A stretch of DNA of 64,000 bases from Narcine bancroftii (taxonomy: Eukaryota): NCBI RefSeq assembly GCF_036971445.1, contig NC_091476.1, positions 15,128,001 to 15,192,000 on the forward strand, written 5' to 3'. This document shows, piece by piece, positions 1-9,834 of the stretch (position 1 is the first letter of the stretch; every line of letters begins with the position of its first letter). The notes beneath the pieces were generated by a model. It was not told the DNA's origin and ran no database searches. It worked only from the letters and a program-made list of their open reading frames with translations. The position numbers and the translations under genes are program-made.

Positions 1-40
1 TAAGACTCCCACAATATTCTCCAGAACTGATAATGTGTTA

Positions 41-142
41 AATTCTCCTTCTTTATCAAAGGATCAGCTCTTCCCTCATTACACTCCTGTGAATTCTCCT
101 TCTTTATCAAAGGATCAGCTCTTCCCTCATTACACTCCTGTG
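41..142. repeat. Perfect 51-bp tandem duplication
   Basis: aattctcctt...cactcctgtg occurs identically at 41-91 and 92-142. Confidence 0.95.
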
Positions 143-334
143 AAGAACCTTATAACATTTAACTCCATTTCAATATCTACATGATGCACTTTCTGTTCAA
201 AATATTTTATTGCCCACAGGGTATCTGCAGTTTTGAAGCAGCCAAAGGATAATAGAAAATGAATGCATGAAAGCAGAGATTGCTCAGCAGTAAAAGAATC
301 TAGAACTCCCTATTTTATATTGATGCTTCTCAGG

Positions 335-1032
335 GCAATTGGGCTGGTTGAATGGGGCACCAATAACAACCTTGCACTCAGTGTCACCAAAACTAAGGAG
401 ATGATTGTTGACTTCAGGAAGGGAAAGCCAGAGGTATTCAATCCAATGATCAATAGGGGAATCAAAGGTGGAGAGGGTGAGCTCATTTAGGTTCTTGGGA
501 TTCACTATCTCGGAAGATCTTTTCTTGTCCCAACACACCAACGGCATCGTGAAGAAAGCACATCTATGCCTCTACTTCCTCAGGAGTTTGCCGAGATTTG
601 GTATGACATCAGAAACCCTGGCAAATTTCTACAGAGGTGTGGTGAAAAGTGTGCTGACTGTCTGCATGGCAGTCTGGTATGGAAACACCAATACCCCTGA
701 GTGTAAAGCCCTGCAAAAGGTAGAGGACACAGCCCAGGACATGACAGGCAAAACTCTCCCCTCTTTTGAGTACATCTACAGGGAACACTGCCATCGGAGG
801 ACAGTAACAATCATCAGAGACCCACACCACCCAGCACATGCTCTGATCTCGCTGCTGCCATCAGGAAAGAGGTATAGGTGCCACCAGGTTCAGGAATAGC
901 TGCTACCCACCACCATCAAACTTCTCAATGACAAATTCATTCAGAGACTCGTGATTTTCTTTTGTTCTCTCTGTATTGCACAATCTTCTCCGTGGATTGT
1001 TCTCCGTGGATTTGTTCTCTCTTGTATTGCAC
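335..1032 (+). mobile_element. Rex1/Babar-type LINE, 5'-truncated, degenerate RT C-terminus (3' UTR resumes at ~2465-2635)
   Basis: NNLALSVTKTKEMIVDFRK; ERVSSFRFLG; KKAH.LYFLRSL; IIRDPHHPAHAL..LLPSGKRYR. The 3' UTR ending tgacaataaa...tctgaaatctg lies after the nested inserts. Confidence 0.85.
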
Positions 1033-1034
1033 AA

Positions 1035-2464
1035 TCTTCTCTGTGGATTGACACCCTGTCATGATGGAGAAGCTTGTGTGGTCCTGAGATCCCGAGAGTT
1101 ATGCCGTCTGGAGCTATGCTCCTGGTAGGGCCACCCATGGTGGTAAGGTTGAGGGTGAGGTCCCTGACAAAGCACAATCCAACCAAGACCTCAATGGTGG
1201 AACAGGTGGGCAAAGTTACTTCGACCTTATTACTGTAAAGGCGGTTGAAAGCTGCAACAAATCCATCAGCTCCAATCGTCGTGGTTTTCATGCCATTGAA
1301 ATTAGTTGGTTTATTTGTGAAATATTGTATGCTTCTTGAAGTGCAACATTCTTCTTTGGCTTGGCTTCGCGGACGAAGATTTATGGAGGGGGTAAAAGTC
1401 CACGTCAGCTGCAGGCTCGTTTGTGGCTGACAAGTCCGATGCGGGACAGGCAGACATGGTTGCAGCGGTTGCAGGGGAAAATTGGTTGGTTGGGGTTGGG
1501 TGTTGGGTTTTTCCTCCTTTGCCTTTTGTCAGTGAGGTGGGCTCTGCGGTCTTCTTCAAAGGAGGTTGCTGCCCGCCAAACTGTGAGGCGCCAAGATGCA
1601 CGGTTTGTGGCGATATCAGCCCACTGGCGGTGGTCAATGGGGCAGGCACCAAGAGATTTCTTTAGGCAGTCCTTGTACCTTTTCTTTGGTGCACCTCTGT
1701 CACGGTGGCCAGTGGAGAGCTCGCCATATAACACGATCTTGGGAAGGCGATGGTCCTCCATTCTGGAGACGTGACCCATCCAGCGCAGCTGGATCTTCTG
1801 CAGCGTGGACTCGATGCTGTCGACCTCTGCCATCACGAGTACTTCGACGTTAGGGATGAAAGCGCTCCAATGGATGTTGAGGATGGAGCGGAGACAACGC
1901 TGGTGGAAGCGTTCTAGGAGCCGTAGGTGATGCCGGTAGAGGACCCATGATTCAGAGCCGAACAGGAGTGTGGGTATGACAACGGCTCTGTATACGCTTA
2001 TCTTTGTGAGGTTTTTCAGTTGGTTGTTTTTCCAGACTCTTTTGTGTAGTCTTCCAAAGGCGCTATTTGCCTTGGCGAGTCTGTTGTCTATCTCATTGTC
2101 GATCCTTGCATCTGATGAAATGGTGCAGCCGAGATAGGTAAACTGGTTGACCGTTTTGAGTTTTGTGTGCCCGATGGAGATGTGGGGGGGCTGGTAGTCA
2201 TGGTGGGGAGCTGGCTGATGGAGGACCTCAGTTTTCTTCAGGCTGACTTCCAGGCCAAACATTTTGGCAGTTTCCGCAAAGCAAGACGTCAAGCGCTGAA
2301 GAGCTGGCTCTGAATGGGCAACTAAAGCGGCATCGTCTGCAAAGAGTAGTTCACGGACTACATTAAATACATGTTAAACAGGCGTCTTCACTCAGTGGGC
2401 CAATTTCTAAGATTGGACTCATAAGCCATGTGAGAGCCCGTATCCTTGAGGGATAGCAATGATG
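1035..2464 (+). mobile_element. Short RTE-related non-autonomous element (segments 1035-1350 and 2360-2464), split by an RTE LINE
   Basis: 5' end resembles RTE/Rex3/BovB leaders (gacaccctgtcatgatggagaagcttg...cctggtagggccacccatgg). 3' end gagggatagcaatgatgat. Flanked by ATTGCAC at 1026-1032 and 2465-2471. Confidence 0.6.
1351..2359 (-). mobile_element. RTE-clade LINE, 5'-truncated, with uninterrupted RT C-terminal frame
   Basis: RELLFADDAAL (YADD motif) then the 295-aa ORF GLEVSLKKTEVL...QLRWMGHVSRM..RLPKIVLYGEL..G.R.RG.PKKRYKD. C-terminal CxxC..H..C. (GAA)n tail. ACATT at both junctions (1346-1350, 2360-2364). Confidence 0.93.
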
Positions 2465-2854
2465 ATTGCACCGTCATTTTGTTTACATTCATTATTTGTT
2501 TACATGAGTACACAGTTTATTTTTTGCACTACCAATTAGTAGTAATTCTGTCGTGCCCATAGGAAAAAGGAATTTTAGGGTTGTATGTGATGTAATGTAT
2601 GCACTCTGACAATAAACTTTAAATCTGAAATCTGGCTCCAGTTCATGCACCACTTGGGCCTTAAAGCAAGGACATGAGAGTCAATGTCTTCAGCCTGCCC
2701 CTTAGGTTAGGTAAATAGAGTTTTTATTGCACTGAGTGCACCATATTAATTAGCCATCACGGGAAATCCTGAGAATGTCCACAAGAGTTTGTAAACCAGC
2801 ATAAGGTGTTAGAAAATGCCATCATTTAATTCTGTAAAAGACTTGCTCTGTAAA

Positions 2855-3300
2855 TGGCCAAGAAAAGCACTAATGCCTCTCCTTTCTCAGCATCCTGAGG
2901 AAATTTGGCATGTTACCTGCATCCCTTAACAATTTCTACAGGTCCACCATTGAATGCATTCCATCAGGGTGTGTCAGTGGTTGGTCCAGAAAATGCTCCA
3001 TCCTAGACCACAAGAAACAGCATTGGGTTCACACGACACCCTCCACATCACTTACACCATCTATAACTCCCAATGGCTTGGATAAGCATCCAACATATGA
3101 AAAGACTCAGCCATACTCTCTTCACCCCATCCCCCCCACTCACCAGGAAGAAAATTCACATATGTGAGATCACATACCATCAGGTTGAAGGACAGTTTCT
3201 TTCTCACCATTTATCAGACTCCTGAATGAACTCCTAAGTAGTAAAATTATGTTCCCTTTGCTTTGTACCATTGATTTCTCTCTGTAACTCTGCACCTCTA
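2855..3300 (+). mobile_element. Degenerate Rex1/Babar-type LINE 3' fragment
   Basis: RKFGMLPASLNNFYRSTIECI.SGC...W. Parallels the 335-950 copy but is more decayed. Confidence 0.7.
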
Positions 3301-3328
3301 CACTTTTGAACTGTGTCTTATTTGTACT

Positions 3329-3611
3329 TGTGGTGCACTATCAGTCAGAAGCAAACACACAAAACCAAAAGACTGTACAACAGGCTTTATTCGACATAAA
3401 ACTCCACAGAACCAGCTATGAGATTGTGGTGCTGTGAGAGTGACTTCGAAGGGCCGGTTCAGGCTTATATACCGGAGGGTGATTGGCACCTGATCGCGTG
3501 GGGCTTGGTCCATTCAGGTCAGCTGATTGACAGCTGGCCAGGTGTTGTCCCGATGCTCTTCTGCAGGTACAGAGGTTGCCTGCTGCAGTAGGCCAGTGGT
3601 GTCCCACCACA
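3329..3611 (-). mobile_element. Solo LTR (283 bp)
   Basis: TGTGGTG...CACCACA termini. Exact 5-bp TSD GTACT (3324-3328, 3612-3616). Minus-strand TATATAA (~3470) followed by AATAAA (~3390). Confidence 0.85.
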
Positions 3612-3677
3612 GTACTATGAAGGAGTTAGCTACTGGTCTGCTTGCAAAACAACCTTTATTACTGGAGAGAAGAGAGG

Positions 3678-3925
3678 AGTAAAACACAAAAGTGCAGACT
3701 CCATGATTGAAGTAAAAACACTATGTAGAGAAACTCAGCAGGTCAGAGAACTTTATCACACCTAGATGAAGGGCTCAGGCCAGAAACGTTGGTTATGTAT
3801 CTTTATCTTTGCTGAACACACCTAGATGAAGGGCTCAGGCCCGAAACATTGATTATGTATCTTTATATTTGCTATGATGAAGTATGATATTTGACCTGCT
3901 GAGTTTCTCCAGCATTGTATTTTTA
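3678..3925. mobile_element. Penelope-derived foldback element with a 60-bp internal tandem duplication
   Basis: Arms gagaaactcagcaggtca / tgacctgctgagtttctc. Units 3757-3813 and 3817-3873 each carry GATGAAGGGCTCAGGCC.GAAAC. Confidence 0.7.
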
Positions 3926-4449
3926 TCCCTGTCACTGCATCTTGGTACATAAGCTTGAATTTATAATCTACAGGGAAAGCAACCCAATGAAAGAGTCAAT
4001 TTGTAACCAGACACTAGATCTATTACTAAATGTACTGAGGGATAAGAAATAACTCTTGATGTTGATGTGGCTGAACATATGCATACTGGGTCTATGCCAA
4101 AGAGCAGCAGAAACACTTTTGTGCTCAGTTAATATAAAACTTCATTACCATAACAAATTATGTCATTCTTGAGCTCTGAATAATTTATCCAAATATTGCG
4201 ACATTTATAATATATTTGATTCGATGATTAAATAAAATTTCAATGCTGGGTTGGCTGTGATGCTTATTGGAAAACAACAGACTTTTGTGTACAATAATTC
4301 AGATCCAGGCATTTGTCACAACAGTATAAAGATTCTTTCTGTCACCCTTTCACATAATGTATTATGATATATTGCTGCTTCTTCAAAAATAAATACAATA
4401 TATAAAGCAGAACTATCTACAGTGCTTGGCATCACAAACAAGTTCCTCC

Positions 4450-4748
4450 CTTAGCAATGCTCCTGAAAGAACACACGACCAGACAGGCTGAGCTCAGTGA
4501 GCAGAACTGATTTATTGCAGGCTGCTGGGCTGGACTTATACTCCCAGCCTGGACCTGGCTGAGAACCGTGCTGGCGGGTGCTGACGTCACCTGGGCATCA
4601 CGTGGTCCCCCAGCGCGGACTTCTGAGCCCTGTGCTGAGAAGAAGGGGAAATGCCCCCCCCCCCCCGACGGCGCCATTTTGGCCGGCTGCCCCGCCGCGT
4701 GAATTACAAGCAGGGCCGATTCGCCTGCCTAGTGGTGTGCCACCACTC
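4450..4748 (-). mobile_element. Probable solo LTR, CpG-rich
   Basis: Same layout as 3329-3611 (minus-strand TATAA then AATAAA; end agtggtgtgccaccac). Termini and TSD are imperfect. Confidence 0.55.
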
Positions 4749-5479
4749 TACCAGGATTCAGATCTCCATTATTCATAGTGGCCATAATGTAATTGTATTC
4801 ATGATATGTATAAGGGTGTGTGCCTGTCTGTACTTAAATGTAAATATTGCTTAACATCTAACTGCAATATGCATAAAATCAATGATACACCAAACATTTA
4901 CATGACATCACATAAGATGTAATATGCCACATCCTTGAAATCACTGCAGGCTTTTTTTCTCTCCTCTTCTGAATCCATTGATTTGATCAATGGTATAAAT
5001 TTAGTGTCAGCATGCAACCTCTTGCTTGACCAAGTTATCTTTCTTTGGGTGTGACTCTCAAAAGTGAATATTAGTGTACTTAGATATGGAGGAAGGTGTA
5101 TTTTTGTTTGGAATATTTGAAGTTTTCAAAATTGAACTTAACAGTTTACACACGTTATCAAGTTTTTACAAATCTGTCTCAATTCCAACTTATCCTAATC
5201 CCATCTATGTGAATTTTCTGTCCAGTCCAAGCCTAACACTCCTTCCCCTTTCTCCCTCCCCTCCCCCCCCAACCCCATTCCCTCAACCTCAACTTTACAT
5301 TTAGATAAACAGAAAAAAAACACAAGACATTAAAACATTCAAAAAACGGGAATAAATCATATCGGGGAGTTGTGGTTCTGGCCTGATCTCACTCTTATCC
5401 CCATTAATCTTGTCCCTGGAAACCTACCCATAGTCTTCCAGAGTAGAGCGCGCTTGGGCAACAAGTTCATTGAGTCTGT

Positions 5480-5610
5480 CAAATATATCAGCAAATAAAC
5501 TGATTTTATGTTCTTCCTGGGCCATTCAGAACCCCTTAATGTCTGGATCCTGATGAATGGCCTCAGCTAATGGTTCCATGGCCAGTATGAACAGAGCTGA
5601 AGATAGTTAG
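5480..5610 (-). mobile_element. L1-clade RT fragment
   Basis: Minus strand reads LSSALFILAMEPLAEAIHQDPDIKG and EEHKISLFAD. Confidence 0.75.
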
Positions 5611-5880
5611 TGGGCATCAGCTCCCACAAACATGTATCTTTCATCATAGGTAGGTTGCAAGCAATCAACAATTCCCCTTTTTTAAAATCTTAATAGGATT
5701 ATGACTAATTCTGATAACACTACACTGAGCTTGTTGAGGATATCTAACTCAATATGAAATAAAAATCATATATATTTGGGCTTTTTGATTTGCTATTCAC
5801 CAAACTATATCTAAAGTCATTACAACATCAAAGCAATTATTGTCTTTTTTTATAGTATTTGAAAGCCATGGTATTTTCAG

Positions 5881-5929
5881 TTTGATGACTGAAGCAAGAG
5901 ACATGCAAAGAGCAAGACAGACAGCTGAG
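5881..5929 (+). CDS. Putative penultimate exon of an unidentified upstream gene (xLMTEARDMQRARQTAE)
   Basis: Acceptor gtattttcag, donor GAG|GTATGT. Only one of three frames is open. Followed by an 81-nt intron. Confidence 0.5.
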
Positions 5930-6010
5930 GTATGTCCATTCCCATAATTATATAGGGCACTATGTATGTTAAGCAAGGCTCTCCAAAACAGTGGACTTTG
6001 TTTATTTCAG

Positions 6011-6022
6011 GAGTATGAATGA
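6011..6022 (+). CDS. Putative terminal coding exon of the upstream gene (EYE-stop), followed by 3' UTR
   Basis: Acceptor tttgtttatttcag at 6010. GAG TAT GAA TGA is in phase with the previous exon. AATAAA at 6301. Confidence 0.45.
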   Translation, partial: EYE

Positions 6023-8307
6023 TGACTGTAGGCTCGCCAAGTGGGCAGGAAAGTCGAACGAAGCCAAAGATAAGAGTTTATCAAATGGAACAAATTTACT
6101 CCTTTGACTTTATTTTTTTTAAGTTCTTAGGTTTTTTGTACAATGTTCTGAGTATTGTCTGATGTAATACTGAATCATATCAGTCAGGTACTCTTTGTTC
6201 AGTTACCTAATCTTTTAAAAGATGGTGCAATTTTCATGGCCAAGTAAATTTTAAAAAAGATATTATTCTGAATGATTCTTAATGATTTATTTGCAAAGTT
6301 AATAAATGAATACTAGACTTTTATTGACAGAATCAAGGTTGCCCATTGTACCTTCCACAAACACTTGGTCTACCAATTGTCATTATTAACCTGGAGTATT
6401 ACGAATAGATGCTTTTGCAGGATAGACCTGCATATCAACACATATTGAACATTTAATATTTTGTTTTCAGAACACTTTTGGGTTTTGGGTTGCTGATTTC
6501 AAAAATCACTTTAAAATTTTCCCATCATATGCCATTTTTAAGATATAACATCTTTTGTGATTTTCTATCATATGTCATACAAAACCATGAAATAAAACAT
6601 GTCATTGAAAATTCAATTTTCTGCATTCACACTTGCATTTTTTTCCTGCTGAACTTGGTGCAGTCAGTGATGAACATGGTGAAAGATTTCACCAGGATAT
6701 TGCAAGCATGGAAAAGCAGTATAGGGGGGCAACTGGAATCCATGATTGCTGGCCAGTGAGTGTTGAACACTGACATGAGAGGCATCAGATGCTGAGTACA
6801 AGTGAAAATCAGCGGCCAAGCATTTTTCGGCCAGTTGGACTAATGCATCAATATGCGATTAAACATGAAAAATTCAATAAAAGTTAATTTAATGTTTCTC
6901 CAACTTCAAATCTGAAACCTTCTTTGTGTTCATCTTGAAATTATCAAATATAATCCTCAAGTTTTTTTTTCAGGAAGTAAACCTTTTGGAAAAAAAAATT
7001 CAGTTTTATTAGATAAACTTAGCTGAAAGTATATTGTGAATAAAATAGAAGGGTTTGGAGAAAGAATTGTTCTTTTTGTTCCATCAATGTAATTGTTATT
7101 TTTAAAATAATCACAAGACTCCCACAGGTTTTGTTGAGCTTGTGCGGCTGTCAAAAATCTCAAGTATTTTTATCCCCTGGGTTCTTTTATTTAGCTTAAA
7201 AACATCTTCACAAAATATATTTAAAAAAATGTCTCCTATTGTTAGATGCATTTAGTGATTTTTCTTGATTTGTTTATTCCCTTAAATGGAGACTTTATTT
7301 AATCCTTGGATGATGAAACATCCACTTCAACTGGTTGTTTCAATTTGAGTGACTTGATATGCTTTGTGGGAATTCTTGTGCTTGCTATTTTAGTTAAATT
7401 ATAAATGTTGCATACAGTTTAATGGAGAAAACAGCTATGAAAAACCTTGATGTGCTTTTGATGTTAGTAACCCAAAGAAATGTTTGGATCTGCTCCTTCA
7501 TGCAGGGGGAGCTCAGGGTACCTGACCATGAATGAAGAAGACAAGGGACCCCAATAGTGAGTCTCTTCGTCATCAATTCCACGAACTGAGAAGCAGTGGA
7601 GCTTGGCCAGTGAACGTATTATCTGAAGATCATTCTTAATCATCCCAGATCTCAGTTCAGTTAAATGCTTTTTCAAAAATCACTTTATCTGCTTAATTTA
7701 ACAGGTGGCCTCTCAGGTGTGCCACCTGTTCGGTTTTGTATTAGTTTCGTTTTACATGTTAGAACATAAGCAGTAACAGGTCATTTGGCCTCTCCTTTTC
7801 TGGGATGGAATTCAATGTTCAAAGTGTTTTTTTTTAAACCAGCATTACCTGACATTATTGATTCGATTAATATCTGAAGATCTATTGATCTGTCTTGAAT
7901 CAAGTCAGTAATCGAGCCTTCACAGTCCAGTCCTCTTGGCAGAGGATTCCAAAGATTCTGGATGAAGAAATATCATCTCATCCCTGAGATTGTGATCACG
8001 GTCAACTCTGTCAAGTAAGAATGAAGAGAAAGGAGGGTATGGCCTGTAAATATTAAATTGGAAGAGTCAGAAAGGAACTGACCGTATGAATATTGATTGA
8101 AACATGAGAGTTTTAGAAACAATGTGATGAATGATGACGAGGGGGGTTGGAGGTCAGAGGAATAGCAGTCATGCGATCTGCATATAGTATAATTATATTC
8201 ATTTCAGCTTCTTGAAATGTTGGAATGACCGTATTTGTTGGTTTGAGGAAGAATCAAAAAATCTGCACGATTGAGACCCATATCCCAAGTGCTTGGGCGC
8301 GGAGAGC

Positions 8308-8471
8308 TTGTCGACTCAGCGCTGCCGGTTGGAAGTGGCAGGGGAGGGTCTCCCACTGTCCACAAACTCTCTCTGGACCCAACAATGATTTGAATACAAT
8401 GCCGGGGGGGGGGGGGGGGGGTCACATGCAGCCGACTTTGAAGATGACCCGTGGCAGAGCCTTGAGGACGA
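8308..8471 (+). repeat. Copy 1 of a ~160-bp direct repeat flanking GAB exon 1
   Basis: Aligns by eye to 9674-9834 with few differences. Contains a long G run. Confidence 0.9.
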
Positions 8472-9153
8472 TGGTCCCCCATGGACATCACTCGCTCGAC
8501 ACTGTCCAAACTTCACCAAAACGAGTTTGGGCACTTGAGCGCGTCTCTCGGTGAGAGTCGGACACCAGCTTTTTCTCGACCAGAGAGCCGGCAGGTGAGG
8601 GCGGACCGACAGGGGAAGCAAGTTCGAAAGTATAACTCAGAAGTGGACAGTATCGGTTTTAATGGGTCTGCTTGTCGACGGCAAAGTCTGCGAATTTCCA
8701 CTCATGATCAGTGCTCATCCAATTATTGGCCAGCTTGTGCATCAATTCGATTCTGCTTCTAAGTCCAGAATCATGTTGCCATCGCAGCCCCCTGTCCACA
8801 CGACCGACACTCACAGGACAGCGTTGAGAGTTCTGAAAGCTCTCACTGCGCCCTGAGGGTCATCTGAAAGCACTTTCGGTTTTTCTTTCGGCGCTTTGAG
8901 AGGGGCGGGGACGCTGTGTTGTGTCATCCTCTGATGGGACGATTATTGGATAGTTTGGGGTAATGGGTGGGAAAGTGTTGGATGCGGCTCCTGGCGCGGC
9001 TTCCGCCTCCAACACAAGGACTTGGTGCCACTCGGCAGATGAGAGAGAGGCACCGTGATGGATTTTACATTGCCTTGTGGATGGAGCAGCTGAATGACAG
9101 CACCCAACATTACAGCACAGAGCACAAGAAGTGGGTCCCATCTGTTTGCAGCC

Positions 9154-9225
9154 ATGAGTGTAGAAGACATCGTTTACACTGGCTGGCTCATCAAATCGCC
9201 TCCAGAAAAGAAATTAAAGCGTTAT
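9154..9225 (+). CDS. GAB3: GAB-family adaptor (GRB2-associated binding protein 3-like), coding exon 1, start of PH domain
   Basis: GCAGCCATGA start context. Translates MSVEDIVYTGWLIKSPPEKKLKRY, the GAB N-terminal signature (GWLxKSPPEKKLxRY), followed by a phase-0 donor GTAAGT at 9226. WLIK rather than WLRK favours GAB3 over GAB1/2. Too short for the ORF track. Confidence 0.93.
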
Positions 9226-9673
9226 GTAAGTAAATAATTGCTTCCCACTGACGATTCTTGTAGTATGAGGGACAGCGTGGCTGAAGGCACATTAATTAAT
9301 CACTCATTTCTGGCATCTTGGCAATATTTCTGGCTGAAATGAACCATTTCTTGACGAATGGACACAAGCTGCGCCGGGATTTACACCCCAAGGCAGCTTG
9401 GTGAGTTTCATCGAATATATCGGGGGGTTGGGGGGTTATTTCGGTTATTGTTGTTCACGTGGGTCGAATGGGGGGTTGCAGGGGGCTGAGAGGGGATTCG
9501 CTCCCCTCGCCTCCCCGCCTGTTTTTTTTTCCTTTCTGAGAAATTTGGGCGGGTTTCAAAACACCACCAAATCGGAAGCTGTGCCCTAAGGTTTCTCGCC
9601 ATCTGGAACGTCCACACACAAAAAGGGAGAGCTTGTTTACATCCTTCACAACGTTACAACCGCAATGGGCCGG

Positions 9674-9834
9674 TTGTCGACTCGGCGCTGCCGGTTGGAA
9701 GTGGCAGGGGAGGGTTAGGGTCCACAAACTCTCCCTGGACCCGATAATGATTTGAATACAATGCCGGGTGGGGGGGGGGGGGGGTCACATGAAGCCAACT
9801 TTGAAGATGACCCGTGGCAGAGCCTTGAGGACGA
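9674..9834 (+). repeat. Copy 2 of the ~160-bp direct repeat
   Basis: ttgtcgactc.gcgctgccggttggaagtggcag...gatgacccgtggcagagccttgaggacga is shared with copy 1. Confidence 0.9.

Noticed and set aside
220-300. Exon after the acceptor-like ttattgcccacag
   Set aside because: All three frames hit stops within ~45 nt and there is no good donor.
6300-9100. Divergent DKC1 first exon, expected from human synteny
   Set aside because: I found no minus-strand MADAE-like start with a donor site.
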